From the IMG/VR virus record IMGVR_UViG_3300020185_000016: DNA of 33,578 nucleotides; one strand, given 5' to 3'. Numbering within the stretch: the first letter of the stretch is position 1; each line of letters begins with the position of its first letter. Under the pieces are notes generated by a model. That model worked only from the letters and a program-made list of their open reading frames with translations. It ran no database searches and was not told where the DNA came from. This DNA is from a virus. Positions 25,378-33,578 of this stretch are shown here, one piece after another. The position numbers were made by a program, and so were the translations under genes.

Positions 25378-26051
25378 TATTCTCCGTATGTTGATGTTTT
25401 TTCAAGAGCAATCCAATAGGTTAGAGTGCTTTCTGAGTGAGTTAATTTCGAAATTAGTTTAGATGAAATTTCTACGTTATAGGTACCTGGTAGAACTTTC
25501 AAGTTTGCGATATTAAAAATAAAGTTATAGTTATCTGCGTTTGAGCTACCTTCAACATCAATTGAATAGGTATTTGCGGTGGCATTATCTGAGCTAGTTA
25601 CGGTCAAGGTAATGCTGTCTCGGGATCCGGATACAGATACTTCCGAATGTCCAAGAGCGGCTGCGGCGCGCTTAATGCGATTAAGAGTATCGTTATCAAG
25701 AGTAAACCGCACATCTGCCTCAGGCATTTTTACTTCTTTGGTAGGAGTAGTAAGCATTTCTGGGTCAGAAAAGAAATATTTTACTTTAGATCGGCCAGTA
25801 GAATCACCAATCTTAACAGAATTTTCATCAAACGTAAGTCTTGGGATATCAACTAAATTAAGAACTCCGAGAAATTCATTTAGATCATATACACCAAAAG
25901 CTTGAGGAAAGTTTTCAGGAATTTCAGTACGAGCCAAAATGTTTTTAGCTTCTGAAATAGTATGTACTACATTACCTTGCTGCATAACCAAATTTGAGTT
26001 AATAGTAGAAAAGTTTTTTAGTACTGAAAGTGTTGTTTCGCTTAGTTCCAT
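25377..26051 (-). CDS. gp45: Sliding clamp gp45
   Basis: LKNFSTINSNL, FGVYDLNEFL, YWIALE. Promoter TTTACT-N17-TATAAT at 26076-26104. Confidence 0.96.
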   Translation of the reverse strand: MELSETTLSVLKNFSTINSNLVMQQGNVVHTISEAKNILARTEIPENFPQAFGVYDLNEFLGVLNLVDIPRLTFDENSVKIGDSTGRSKVKYFFSDPEMLTTPTKEVKMPEADVRFTLDNDTLNRIKRAAAALGHSEVSVSGSRDSITLTVTSSDNATANTYSIDVEGSSNADNYNFIFNIANLKVLPGTYNVEISSKLISKLTHSESTLTYWIALEKTSTYGE

Positions 26052-26107
26052 TATATATCTCCATCATATATTAGTATTATATACTATTTTTTGTGTAAAG
26101 TAAACAC

Positions 26108-27826
26108 TTATGCTAAAATTTTACTAAAATTCTTATCTTTAGTAAATTCAATTTTCTGCTTAAATTTTCCGTCTAAAATTTCTCCTTTATGAGATATTAC
26201 AAAAACATTAGTGTCATCGTCAAGGGTATATAATATTTTCATAAGATTATCTACACCATCATGGTCTAAAGATGAATCGAATGTTTCATCTAAAACAAGC
26301 AAGTTGGTTGCTACAGAATTTTTCATTTTAGCAATCATACGCCATGTGAAAAGCAATGCTAGATCAATACGTTGCTTTTCGCCCTCACTAAATGAGTCAT
26401 ATGTGAATGAATCACGATGTCTAGATTTGATTGTTTCAGTAAAACTTTCATCAAGATTAAAGTGAACATAAAAATCTAGGATTTGCAGATATTGATTTAC
26501 AAGTCTATTTATTACTGGAATATATTGTTTAATAACTTTAGTTTTAATGCCGGTATCTTTTAGCATTTCCATCATAACAGCGTTATAATTAAATTCGTCA
26601 TTAATACTTAGTTTGGTTTCAAAATACTCTTCTTTTTCATTTTCAAGTGCTTGAAGACTTTCCCAAGACTTTTTAATATCGCCTTCATTACCCTTAATTT
26701 TAGAAATAGCAGTTGATAATGTTTCAATTTGTGAGCGAATTCTTACAATCTCTCTGTTATTACCAGACATTAATAAAGTCTTATCGCGGATAATAGCTGT
26801 TGAATCATTTAATTTTTCAAGTTTTTCCTCAACTAATTTAGAGTTTTCCTGGGCAATATCTAATGCTGATTGCAATTCTATAGCTTTATTTTTTGCTTCA
26901 GATAATTTTGTTTTAATTAATTCTTCTGGAATACTTTGCGAACATGTTGGACAATTATCATGCTCTTCATAGAATTTGGAATCTTTAACTAATAATCGAA
27001 TTTTTTGGGTAAATTCGCTTTTATAATGCAAAAGGTTTTGCCGCTTATCATGGCAAATTTTTAACGACTCTTCAAGACCATTACTTAATGTTTCAATTTC
27101 ATCAGACATAGTATTATTAAAAGATTGCAATTCTGCAATTTCTGATTCATACAAAGCAATTTCGGCTTGCTTTTCATCGACCTGATCATTATTCAGATCC
27201 TCGACTTCCCGAATATATTTTTTCTGTAAAGAAATTTTTTCTCTTATCAATTCAAACTGATAATTAATATCTTTTAGTTTATCTTTAAGACCAGTCTGTT
27301 TTTCTTTTAAGATTGAATTCATTTTAGAAAAAATATTAATATCTAACAAATCTTCAATAACATCTCGCCGTTGCTGTGCAGGCAATTGCATAAATGGTAT
27401 AAATGAGGATGATCCCAACACAACAATTTGATGAAAGCTTTTATGATTAAGTTTAATAATATTTCTTTCAAGAATTTGTTGATATTCTTTAGCGTGCGAT
27501 GATTGATTTATCATTTCGCCGTTTTTCCAAATTTCAAATATTGTTGGTTTAATACCACGCACTACTTTAAATGCTGCTTTACCAATATAAAAATTGACCT
27601 CGACTAAACAATCCTTATTATTTACAGTATTAACAAGTTGAGGCTTATTAATATTACGGTGAGGTTTTCCGAATAATGCAAATGATAAAGCATCCAGTAA
27701 AGTAGATTTACCTGCACCATTATGACCAACAATAAGTGTTGATTTAGTTTTATTCAAATCAATTTCTGACCAATTATTACCAGTAGACAGAAAATTCTTC
27801 CATCGAATATTTGAAAATACAATCAT
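26108..27826 (-). CDS. gp46: Recombination ATPase gp46 (Rad50-like)
   Basis: GHNGAGKS, CPTC zinc hook, FSEGEKQRIDLAL, LVLDETFDSSLD, ISH. Confidence 0.97.
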   Translation of the reverse strand: MIVFSNIRWKNFLSTGNNWSEIDLNKTKSTLIVGHNGAGKSTLLDALSFALFGKPHRNINKPQLVNTVNNKDCLVEVNFYIGKAAFKVVRGIKPTIFEIWKNGEMINQSSHAKEYQQILERNIIKLNHKSFHQIVVLGSSSFIPFMQLPAQQRRDVIEDLLDINIFSKMNSILKEKQTGLKDKLKDINYQFELIREKISLQKKYIREVEDLNNDQVDEKQAEIALYESEIAELQSFNNTMSDEIETLSNGLEESLKICHDKRQNLLHYKSEFTQKIRLLVKDSKFYEEHDNCPTCSQSIPEELIKTKLSEAKNKAIELQSALDIAQENSKLVEEKLEKLNDSTAIIRDKTLLMSGNNREIVRIRSQIETLSTAISKIKGNEGDIKKSWESLQALENEKEEYFETKLSINDEFNYNAVMMEMLKDTGIKTKVIKQYIPVINRLVNQYLQILDFYVHFNLDESFTETIKSRHRDSFTYDSFSEGEKQRIDLALLFTWRMIAKMKNSVATNLLVLDETFDSSLDHDGVDNLMKILYTLDDDTNVFVISHKGEILDGKFKQKIEFTKDKNFSKILA

Positions 27827-28884
27827 ACTATTTCTAATGCCTGCGCTTCAATCAATAAATTGTGCATATTCGTTTTAATTCTATTTTTATCAAGATCTGT
27901 ATCAACAGCATCTACATAACTATCAAGCAATGTCGAAGTATCATCAACCGAAATTGATTCGTCCTCAACATTTTCACCAATGAACTCACTAAAATTTTCA
28001 GCAATTTTTAGTTCATAAATCTTCTTATTTTGTATTTTATCAACAAATCGCTCAAATGTAAATAGGTCTTGTTTATTTATTACAACTATTTTTACAAATT
28101 TATAATCTAAATTATCTAATGGATAGTCAGTATAATCATATTTAGAATCATCGTATATAATCTTTTCATGTAAAGTATGCGGATTATGAATAGCTTCTAT
28201 TTCTCGAGTTTCGGTATCAATCACATGAAAATATTTTTTGTCATGGGCATCAGACCAAGAAAACTCCATTTGTGAACCCAAGTAATGAATATTATCACGA
28301 CTGGATTTTGTATGAAAATGTCCAGACAAAACAGTTTCAAATCTAGAAAATTCTTTATGATTCATACCATGGGTATTTTTAATACCTCTCATCATTTCAA
28401 AATCATTCAATTCTAAATGGCCACCAAGCCAATCTGCTTTGCATTCTTTTACAAATTTTATAGAAGCATCGTAATTTTCAGTAGTAATCCATGGAAGCAA
28501 GGCCATTTTTAATGAGCCATACTCCATAACACGCGGTTCCATAATAATATGGATTTCATTCATAAAATGACCAAGTAATTCCTTTAATGAGTTTAAATCA
28601 TTTGTATTTTTATAATAAGTGTCATGATTACCTGGAATAATATCCATGGTCATTTTGTTTTCACGTAGCTTATCTAAAAAATGCTTGCGATTATGATTAA
28701 GTGCTTTAAAATTTACAAATTTGCGATGGTCAAAAAAATCGCCAAGATGTAAAATTTGAGTAATATTGTTTTTTTTACAATATGGGAAAAAAATTTCATC
28801 CCAAAACTTAGCTGAGTTATCAAGGAACACTTCTGAACTATTTCTAATACCACAATGTGTGTCATTAATTACTGCTATTTTCAT
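27823..28884 (-). CDS. gp47: Recombination nuclease gp47 (Mre11-like)
   Basis: DTHCG, HLGDFFD, GNHD, GHLE, SGHFH. Confidence 0.97.
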   Translation of the reverse strand: MKIAVINDTHCGIRNSSEVFLDNSAKFWDEIFFPYCKKNNITQILHLGDFFDHRKFVNFKALNHNRKHFLDKLRENKMTMDIIPGNHDTYYKNTNDLNSLKELLGHFMNEIHIIMEPRVMEYGSLKMALLPWITTENYDASIKFVKECKADWLGGHLELNDFEMMRGIKNTHGMNHKEFSRFETVLSGHFHTKSSRDNIHYLGSQMEFSWSDAHDKKYFHVIDTETREIEAIHNPHTLHEKIIYDDSKYDYTDYPLDNLDYKFVKIVVINKQDLFTFERFVDKIQNKKIYELKIAENFSEFIGENVEDESISVDDTSTLLDSYVDAVDTDLDKNRIKTNMHNLLIEAQALEIV

Positions 28885-29474
28885 TCCAAAAATTCCTGCA
28901 AGTCAGAATCAACATTTTGTTTACGTTTAGCTCGAGTTTTTTGAGCTTTTGCAAACTCTTTAATCTCTGTATCGTATACTTTAATTTTATCAATTCTATC
29001 TTTAAGAGTATCAACAAAGTGAGTAGCAACAGAATTTGCGGCATCACCGCCTTCATTTACAAGAAAGGCTTCAACACCAGATTGGGATAAATATTTTTCT
29101 TTAATTTCTTGCTGGCGCTTTTCTTTTGCAATCCGGCGTAAAAAAGCAAACCAAATAATTTGAGTAAAATATGCAAAAGCATTTGGTTTACCGGTTCGTG
29201 TTACGGCATTAATATTATAATTCTCAACTGCTTTAAGACAATTTTCTACCGAATCCATAACCATTTCTTCTCTATACGTATATCGAATAAAATTAGATTT
29301 ATGTGAAAGATTTTCAGCAATTTTTAAAAAACATATTGCAATATAATCTGGTACAACTGGTAATTGCTCGCCGGCCTCGCGAGCAGCATTTACTGATTCT
29401 ACATATGCAACAATAGCAAGAGCAAACTCTTGGTTATTTACGTAGTGTAAATTTTTAGATTTTTTCTTAGCCAT
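28881..29474 (-). CDS. gp55: Late transcription sigma factor gp55
   Basis: HYVNN, FLKIAENLS, MVMDSVENCL, AFAYFTQI..AFLRRI.KEK. Confidence 0.96.
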   Translation of the reverse strand: MAKKKSKNLHYVNNQEFALAIVAYVESVNAAREAGEQLPVVPDYIAICFLKIAENLSHKSNFIRYTYREEMVMDSVENCLKAVENYNINAVTRTGKPNAFAYFTQIIWFAFLRRIAKEKRQQEIKEKYLSQSGVEAFLVNEGGDAANSVATHFVDTLKDRIDKIKVYDTEIKEFAKAQKTRAKRKQNVDSDLQEFLE

Positions 29475-29499
29475 ATTAATATTCTCCTAATATAGTAAT

Positions 29500-29528
29500 A
29501 TTATAAACTAATTTACATTAAAAGTAAA
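29500..29528 (-). promoter_or_regulatory. Sigma70-type promoter for gp55-47-46
   Basis: TTTACT-N17-TATAAT, then AGGAG RBS. Confidence 0.8.
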
Positions 29529-29570
29529 CAAGTTTTTTTTATATTTTTTTTCAGTTATATGCATTTTAGG

Positions 29571-29741
29571 GGTTTACAAATTTAATATTTGTGATATAAT
29601 AGAAGAGTAAGCTTCTAAAAAGGGAGGATAGTATATCGACATCCCATATATTTTATTGATGCACATATGCATTAGAGGTTTACAAATTTAATATTTGTGA
29701 TATAATAGAAGAGTAAGCTTCTAAAAAGGGAGGATAGTATA
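29571..29741 (+). repeat. Exact 65-bp direct repeat (29571-29635 and 29677-29741), each copy a plus-strand promoter
   Basis: GGTTTACAAATTTAATATTTGTGATATAATAGAAGAGTAAGCTTCTAAAAAGGGAGGATAGTATA twice, 41-bp gap. Confidence 0.95.
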
Positions 29742-30164
29742 CTAATGCATTGTTGGTTTAGAATTCTTAAAGATCGATACAATTTTTTCTTTATCTTCTT
29801 CACTTAATTCTTCATCAAGTTCATCTAAAGTTTTTTCATTTTCAAGTGGTTGTTCATATTCTTGCATTTCTTCATCCCACTCTTCTTTCATTTTCTGCAA
29901 AGCAAAATAATATTGATCTATTGTTTTAATATGAGGAATACTAGATGCAGTAATGTGATCTCTATTAAGCCCAATGATTCCATTTTCACCTTCAACATAT
30001 GTCATCATCGGTCTAAAAATATAATATGTTCCCTCTTTTACATTCATTCGAGAAATAATTAAACAGTTTCTAACAACCATATCATTAAGTTCTTCATCAT
30101 CTTCAAGTATTTCTGCTACGATTTCAAGGCCATTAGCAAGAAGAAATTGTCCGTAATTATTCAT
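29742..30164 (-). CDS. Hypothetical protein (Sm-like fold candidate; usual position between uvsW and gp55)
   Basis: LANGLEIVAEI N-terminus, acidic tail. Confidence 0.75.
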   Translation of the reverse strand: MNNYGQFLLANGLEIVAEILEDDEELNDMVVRNCLIISRMNVKEGTYYIFRPMMTYVEGENGIIGLNRDHITASSIPHIKTIDQYYFALQKMKEEWDEEMQEYEQPLENEKTLDELDEELSEEDKEKIVSIFKNSKPTMH

Positions 30165-31668
30165 TTAAATCTACCATATGTATTTTACAATTAAATTGTT
30201 CTCGTTTATATATCTTCAATCTTTCTTCAGCATGTACTAAAGAATAATTCTTTTTAGACTTATATTTTAAATTATCTGCAATATCGTATAGCTGAGTTGT
30301 TTTACCATTTTCACTTTTTCTTAACCCCCTGCCGATACTTTGTAAAATTCTGATTTGAGATTTTGAAGGGGAGGCAAATACAATGTTATGCAAGTTCCTT
30401 ATATTTATCCCTGTACTAAACGTACCTAAACTTGCCACAATAATTGCATCTTTTTGTGTCTCAACTATTTTACGTATTGCTTCTCGATCGCTAGCTTCAG
30501 TGCCACCCGATACAAAAAAGATCTTGCGTTTTTCATCAGCTTTATTTGCTATTAAAGTATGTAATGGTTTACCATGTTTTTCAACAAACTGATACAATAC
30601 AAGCGTATTACCGTCCAAAGATAAAGACAAATTACTAATAAATTTATTACGCTTTTCATTAGTAACAATAAAGTTAATTTCTTCTTGATAAGATTGACCA
30701 GATAAAATTTTCTTTGTCTCTTCTTTATATTGCAGCGTTAACAGATTAATGTCTAATTGGGCGAGCGTATTTTTGTCTTGAAGCGTTTTTGTTGTAGTGA
30801 CATTTTTAACTTTACCAAATAATCCTTCAAGTGTTAATTTATGAGTTTGTGTACCATCTAGCGTTCCGGTTGTACCAAATCTATACGCAGCCAATCTGGC
30901 TTTATTCATAATAGCTGTTAAAGATTTAGATTTAAATCCATGGCACTCGTCCCCAAACACAGCACCAAATTGTTCGAACCATGCTGGCCCTAATTTGTAA
31001 ATAGATTGCCACGTTGAAATATAAATTCTATTATGAATATTAGTTTTTTCTTTACCCGAATAAATCACATGACATTCTTTTTCTACCTGGAATGATTCAT
31101 CGGCAGTCGAATAGTCTGCGAAATCTGCATACATTTGTTGCACTAAGGAGGTTGTTGGAACAATAACTAATACTTTTTGATTAAAATTTTCAAGGTACCA
31201 TCGCATTAAAGCATAAATTATAAGTGATTTACCGGACCCAGTTGGCGACAAAAGAATAGCGCGTTTTTTTCGAATTGCATCACATATTGCATCAAACTGA
31301 TAATCTCTAACTTCAATAGGTTCTCCGCGCCCTTGTAAATTTAATCGCTTAAGAAAATCCATAATTGCTTTTGGATCTATATCATTATATTGCTCAGGCA
31401 TGCCATATAAAGAATCTTCATATTCTATGGTATAATTTCTTTTTTCAGCAAATTCTTTTACATATGGTAATAACCCAAGGCCTAGTTCATTTGTTTGAGC
31501 ATTATATAGCCTAACTTTACCATCCCATATTTTATTTTTGTATAATGGCATAAATTTATACCCTGGAACAAAAAAACTGAAGAAATCTGATAATTCTGCG
31601 CCGATGCCCCAATCGCAACCAATTAGCATCATTGACTCATTCTTTTTTTGAATTACTATTTTATCCAC
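30157..31668 (-). CDS. uvsW: UvsW RNA-DNA/DNA-DNA helicase (probable GTG start)
   Basis: WDGKVRL, RDYQ, SPTGSGKS, DECH, GTTGT, GTFSTGINI, QSIGRGLR. Confidence 0.97.
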   Translation of the reverse strand: MDKIVIQKKNESMMLIGCDWGIGAELSDFFSFFVPGYKFMPLYKNKIWDGKVRLYNAQTNELGLGLLPYVKEFAEKRNYTIEYEDSLYGMPEQYNDIDPKAIMDFLKRLNLQGRGEPIEVRDYQFDAICDAIRKKRAILLSPTGSGKSLIIYALMRWYLENFNQKVLVIVPTTSLVQQMYADFADYSTADESFQVEKECHVIYSGKEKTNIHNRIYISTWQSIYKLGPAWFEQFGAVFGDECHGFKSKSLTAIMNKARLAAYRFGTTGTLDGTQTHKLTLEGLFGKVKNVTTTKTLQDKNTLAQLDINLLTLQYKEETKKILSGQSYQEEINFIVTNEKRNKFISNLSLSLDGNTLVLYQFVEKHGKPLHTLIANKADEKRKIFFVSGGTEASDREAIRKIVETQKDAIIVASLGTFSTGINIRNLHNIVFASPSKSQIRILQSIGRGLRKSENGKTTQLYDIADNLKYKSKKNYSLVHAEERLKIYKREQFNCKIHMVDLNE

Positions 31669-32131
31669 CGGCTTGAAACATCTTCCATTTAATGATATTA
31701 CCAATTGATGTATGCCTCCACCGTAAGGTTTCAACAATTTCTTGCAAGGTTTCTACTAAAGTTTTTGAATATGCAATTTTTTCTTCGCTTTGTTGAATTT
31801 CTTTATCTGAATCATAATAATAATTCATATCACCCTTCATAACTTTAAGGCCATCAAAGGGATCAAATTCCCATCCCCGTTGTTCAATTTCTTCGGGCGG
31901 CATTTTACCATTATAGTATAGCCACTTAATTTTAAGCAAAGATTTTTGATTTATTTGAGATTTTTTTAATTGAAGTTTGGCTAAAGAAAGCCACTGCAAA
32001 TATTTAGCATGTAGTTTAGCTGTATCTACTGATGCACTATCCAATTTAGTATCATCAATTACGCTGTCATTTTGCCATTCTATAAGGATTTTTTCAATAT
32101 CTAGTAACAACGGAAACTCCATCTGGTTCAT
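31661..32131 (-). CDS. uvsY: UvsY recombination mediator
   Basis: WQNDSVID, LHAKYL, WLYYNGK, IGNIIKWKMFQAGG. TATAAATA at 32142-32149. Confidence 0.92.
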   Translation of the reverse strand: MNQMEFPLLLDIEKILIEWQNDSVIDDTKLDSASVDTAKLHAKYLQWLSLAKLQLKKSQINQKSLLKIKWLYYNGKMPPEEIEQRGWEFDPFDGLKVMKGDMNYYYDSDKEIQQSEEKIAYSKTLVETLQEIVETLRWRHTSIGNIIKWKMFQAGG

Positions 32132-32157
32132 AATATAATAGTATTTATAACGTCTAA

Positions 32158-32889
32158 TTACACCTCAATATGGAAATTATTTATTTCAATTGGAATTAAA
32201 TCCACTAATTGGGCTTCTATATGATCTGTATTAACATCAATATGGTTTATTTTTTCACGTATCTCTATAAAATTATGTATACTATAAAATAGCCATTTAA
32301 ATGTCAAGTATAATATTGAATCATTATAACTATTAAATTGAAAAAAATCTTCATGCATTAAACCAGCAAATCTAACCCCATACCGGTTTAACGAATGAAA
32401 AATAAAATTATTAATTTCACGGCATGTATTTTCATTATCACGTAGATTTTCAATATAATTTAAATTTTTTAACCTAGTTACGGGTTTTTTACAGTAAAAT
32501 AAAAGATTGCTAAAATGATAAAGATTAGACATAGATATAATTGAATTTATAATTTCTTTATCAATAGTTTCATTAATGATATAAAATGTTGGTCGATACG
32601 ACATTATTAATCTTATAGCGGTATTCAGTCTATTAATATCATTTGTTTTTTTGTATTGTAATATAATATCCCGAAAAATTCCGGACTCTATATTAAAAAT
32701 TTCGCAATTTTCGCAGTCATTTATATCAACATTATATCCTAATGCTATTAAATTTTCAGTTAATAAATCATATTTAATATATTTTTTATGGGCTTCTGCA
32801 AACCAATTTGTTAAAATTTCACCGCTATTGCCGTTATTAGTCCAAACTATTAATGCTCTATATCGCCGTATATCATTATCTATCATCAT
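32158..32889 (-). CDS. Hypothetical protein; diverged paralog of the 8550-9197 sulfotransferase-like protein
   Basis: EIFNIESGIFRDIILQYKKTNDINRLNTAIRLIMSYR aligns without gaps to ERFDHQIGEFYCIIKQYEKDKNMESLVLAVKTILSHK. Confidence 0.55.
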   Translation of the reverse strand: MMIDNDIRRYRALIVWTNNGNSGEILTNWFAEAHKKYIKYDLLTENLIALGYNVDINDCENCEIFNIESGIFRDIILQYKKTNDINRLNTAIRLIMSYRPTFYIINETIDKEIINSIISMSNLYHFSNLLFYCKKPVTRLKNLNYIENLRDNENTCREINNFIFHSLNRYGVRFAGLMHEDFFQFNSYNDSILYLTFKWLFYSIHNFIEIREKINHIDVNTDHIEAQLVDLIPIEINNFHIEV

Positions 32890-32891
32890 AC

Positions 32892-33377
32892 TTAGTCCCT
32901 AAGTTCAAAATATCCTATTTTAAATGTTACTTCAAAAGTAACTACTGGTGCTTCGCTAACGCCCGCTTGAAATGACAAAGGCCCAACAAATGTTGGTATA
33001 CAATCAATATATCGAAATTCTTTAACTTTATTATTATGACTTGACATAATAATAGCTGATATATCTACTTGAATTCTTTTTTCTGCATCATTATGGTGTT
33101 TTTCCGTAAGTTCGGTTAACCATTCAAACATTTCTTTATAAGAATTCATATCCTCATCACAGATAACTTCAATAGTCAAATCACCAAATGAAATATTATC
33201 ACCAGTTAATGATATTGATTGAATCCTTTTATACGATACCACAGGTGCATCAATGGTAATTGCAGGATGATCGAATCTTTGTGCAAAAAATTCTAAATTA
33301 CCGTATTCTTTTCTATCTAAAACTATTCTAAAATTAGTTGGTTGGAGATAGTTAATATTGCTAGTTAATTCTGACAT
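32892..33377 (-). CDS. gp3: Tail completion / sheath stabilizer gp3
   Basis: NYLQPTNF, GDNISFGDL, DEDMNSYKEMFEWL; position after gp23; late box TATAAATA at 33403-33410. Confidence 0.85.
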   Translation of the reverse strand: MSELTSNINYLQPTNFRIVLDRKEYGNLEFFAQRFDHPAITIDAPVVSYKRIQSISLTGDNISFGDLTIEVICDEDMNSYKEMFEWLTELTEKHHNDAEKRIQVDISAIIMSSHNNKVKEFRYIDCIPTFVGPLSFQAGVSEAPVVTFEVTFKIGYFELRD

Positions 33378-33471
33378 TCCATAATACTCCGTATGTTATA
33401 ATTATTTATATGCAAAAATAATACAAAAAAAATGCATTTATATCTATATCTAATTGCTATCTACACCGAAT

Positions 33472-33496
33472 AAAAAAGAGGCGCCGAAGCGCCTCT
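33472..33496 (-). terminator. gp23 terminator with cUUCGg tetraloop
   Basis: AGAGGCGC-TTCG-GCGCCTCT-TTTTT. Confidence 0.92.
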
Positions 33497-33535
33497 AGTT
33501 GTTCTGTTACCAGAATAATATTATTTAATCTAATC

Positions 33536-33578
33536 TTATGCAGACAAGATATTGTCAACCCGAAAGATTCTGTAATAT
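33536..33578 (-). CDS. gp23: Major capsid protein gp23, extreme C-terminus
   Basis: YYRIFRVDNILSA* matches T4-like gp23 ends; followed by a terminator and gp3. Confidence 0.8.
   Translation of the reverse strand, partial: YYRIFRVDNILSA

Noticed and set aside
29571-29741. CRISPR-like mini-array
   Set aside because: Only two copies, 65 bp long, consisting of promoter elements; no cas genes.
16564-31668. Introns or inteins in gp43, gp46, uvsW
   Set aside because: Lengths are typical and motifs contiguous; no splicing signatures.
1643-32902. Plus-strand and nested ORFs in the track (e.g. 13343-13804, 18697-19071, 25579-25905, 29850-30062, 14803-15087)
   Set aside because: Antisense or off-frame shadows of well-supported genes, with no motifs or RBS. 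Only 9408-9764 is accepted on the plus strand.
1-33578. tRNA/rRNA genes, integrase, IS elements, reverse transcriptase or DGR
   Set aside because: No intergenic cloverleaf or corresponding protein motifs were seen by eye.

Overview
AT-rich segment of a T4-like (myovirus) phage genome, almost entirely on the minus strand. Read in the direction of transcription (right to left): 3' end of major capsid gp23, gp3, uvsY, uvsW, gp55, gp47, gp46, gp45, gp44, DexA-like exonuclease, gp62, regA, small heat-shock protein, gp43 DNA polymerase, an ~15 kb accessory island, uvsX, a gp40-like gene and the 5' end of an APS-kinase-like gene. Cytochrome c2, a DUF1127 protein, a ROSE-like leader and a host-like MetK suggest an alphaproteobacterial, probably marine, host (inference). 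The island between gp43 and uvsX sits where T4 keeps its DNA-modification genes (gp42/beta-gt). It holds a ThyA-family enzyme with Asp at the dUMP/dCMP specificity position, a Nmad1/DUF1599-like gene, dCMP deaminase, an all-alpha NTP pyrophosphatase, an AEP primase-polymerase, MetK, a split radical SAM/SPASM pair, KdsA/KdsB and other nucleotide-sugar enzymes. Three sulfotransferase-like genes plus the APS kinase suggest a sulfation system. Non-coding highlights are an exact 65-bp tandem duplication of an antisense promoter upstream of gp55 and a ROSE-like RNA thermometer. Several small ORFs missed by the ORF track are also present. All calls come from motif recognition by eye; no database searches were run.
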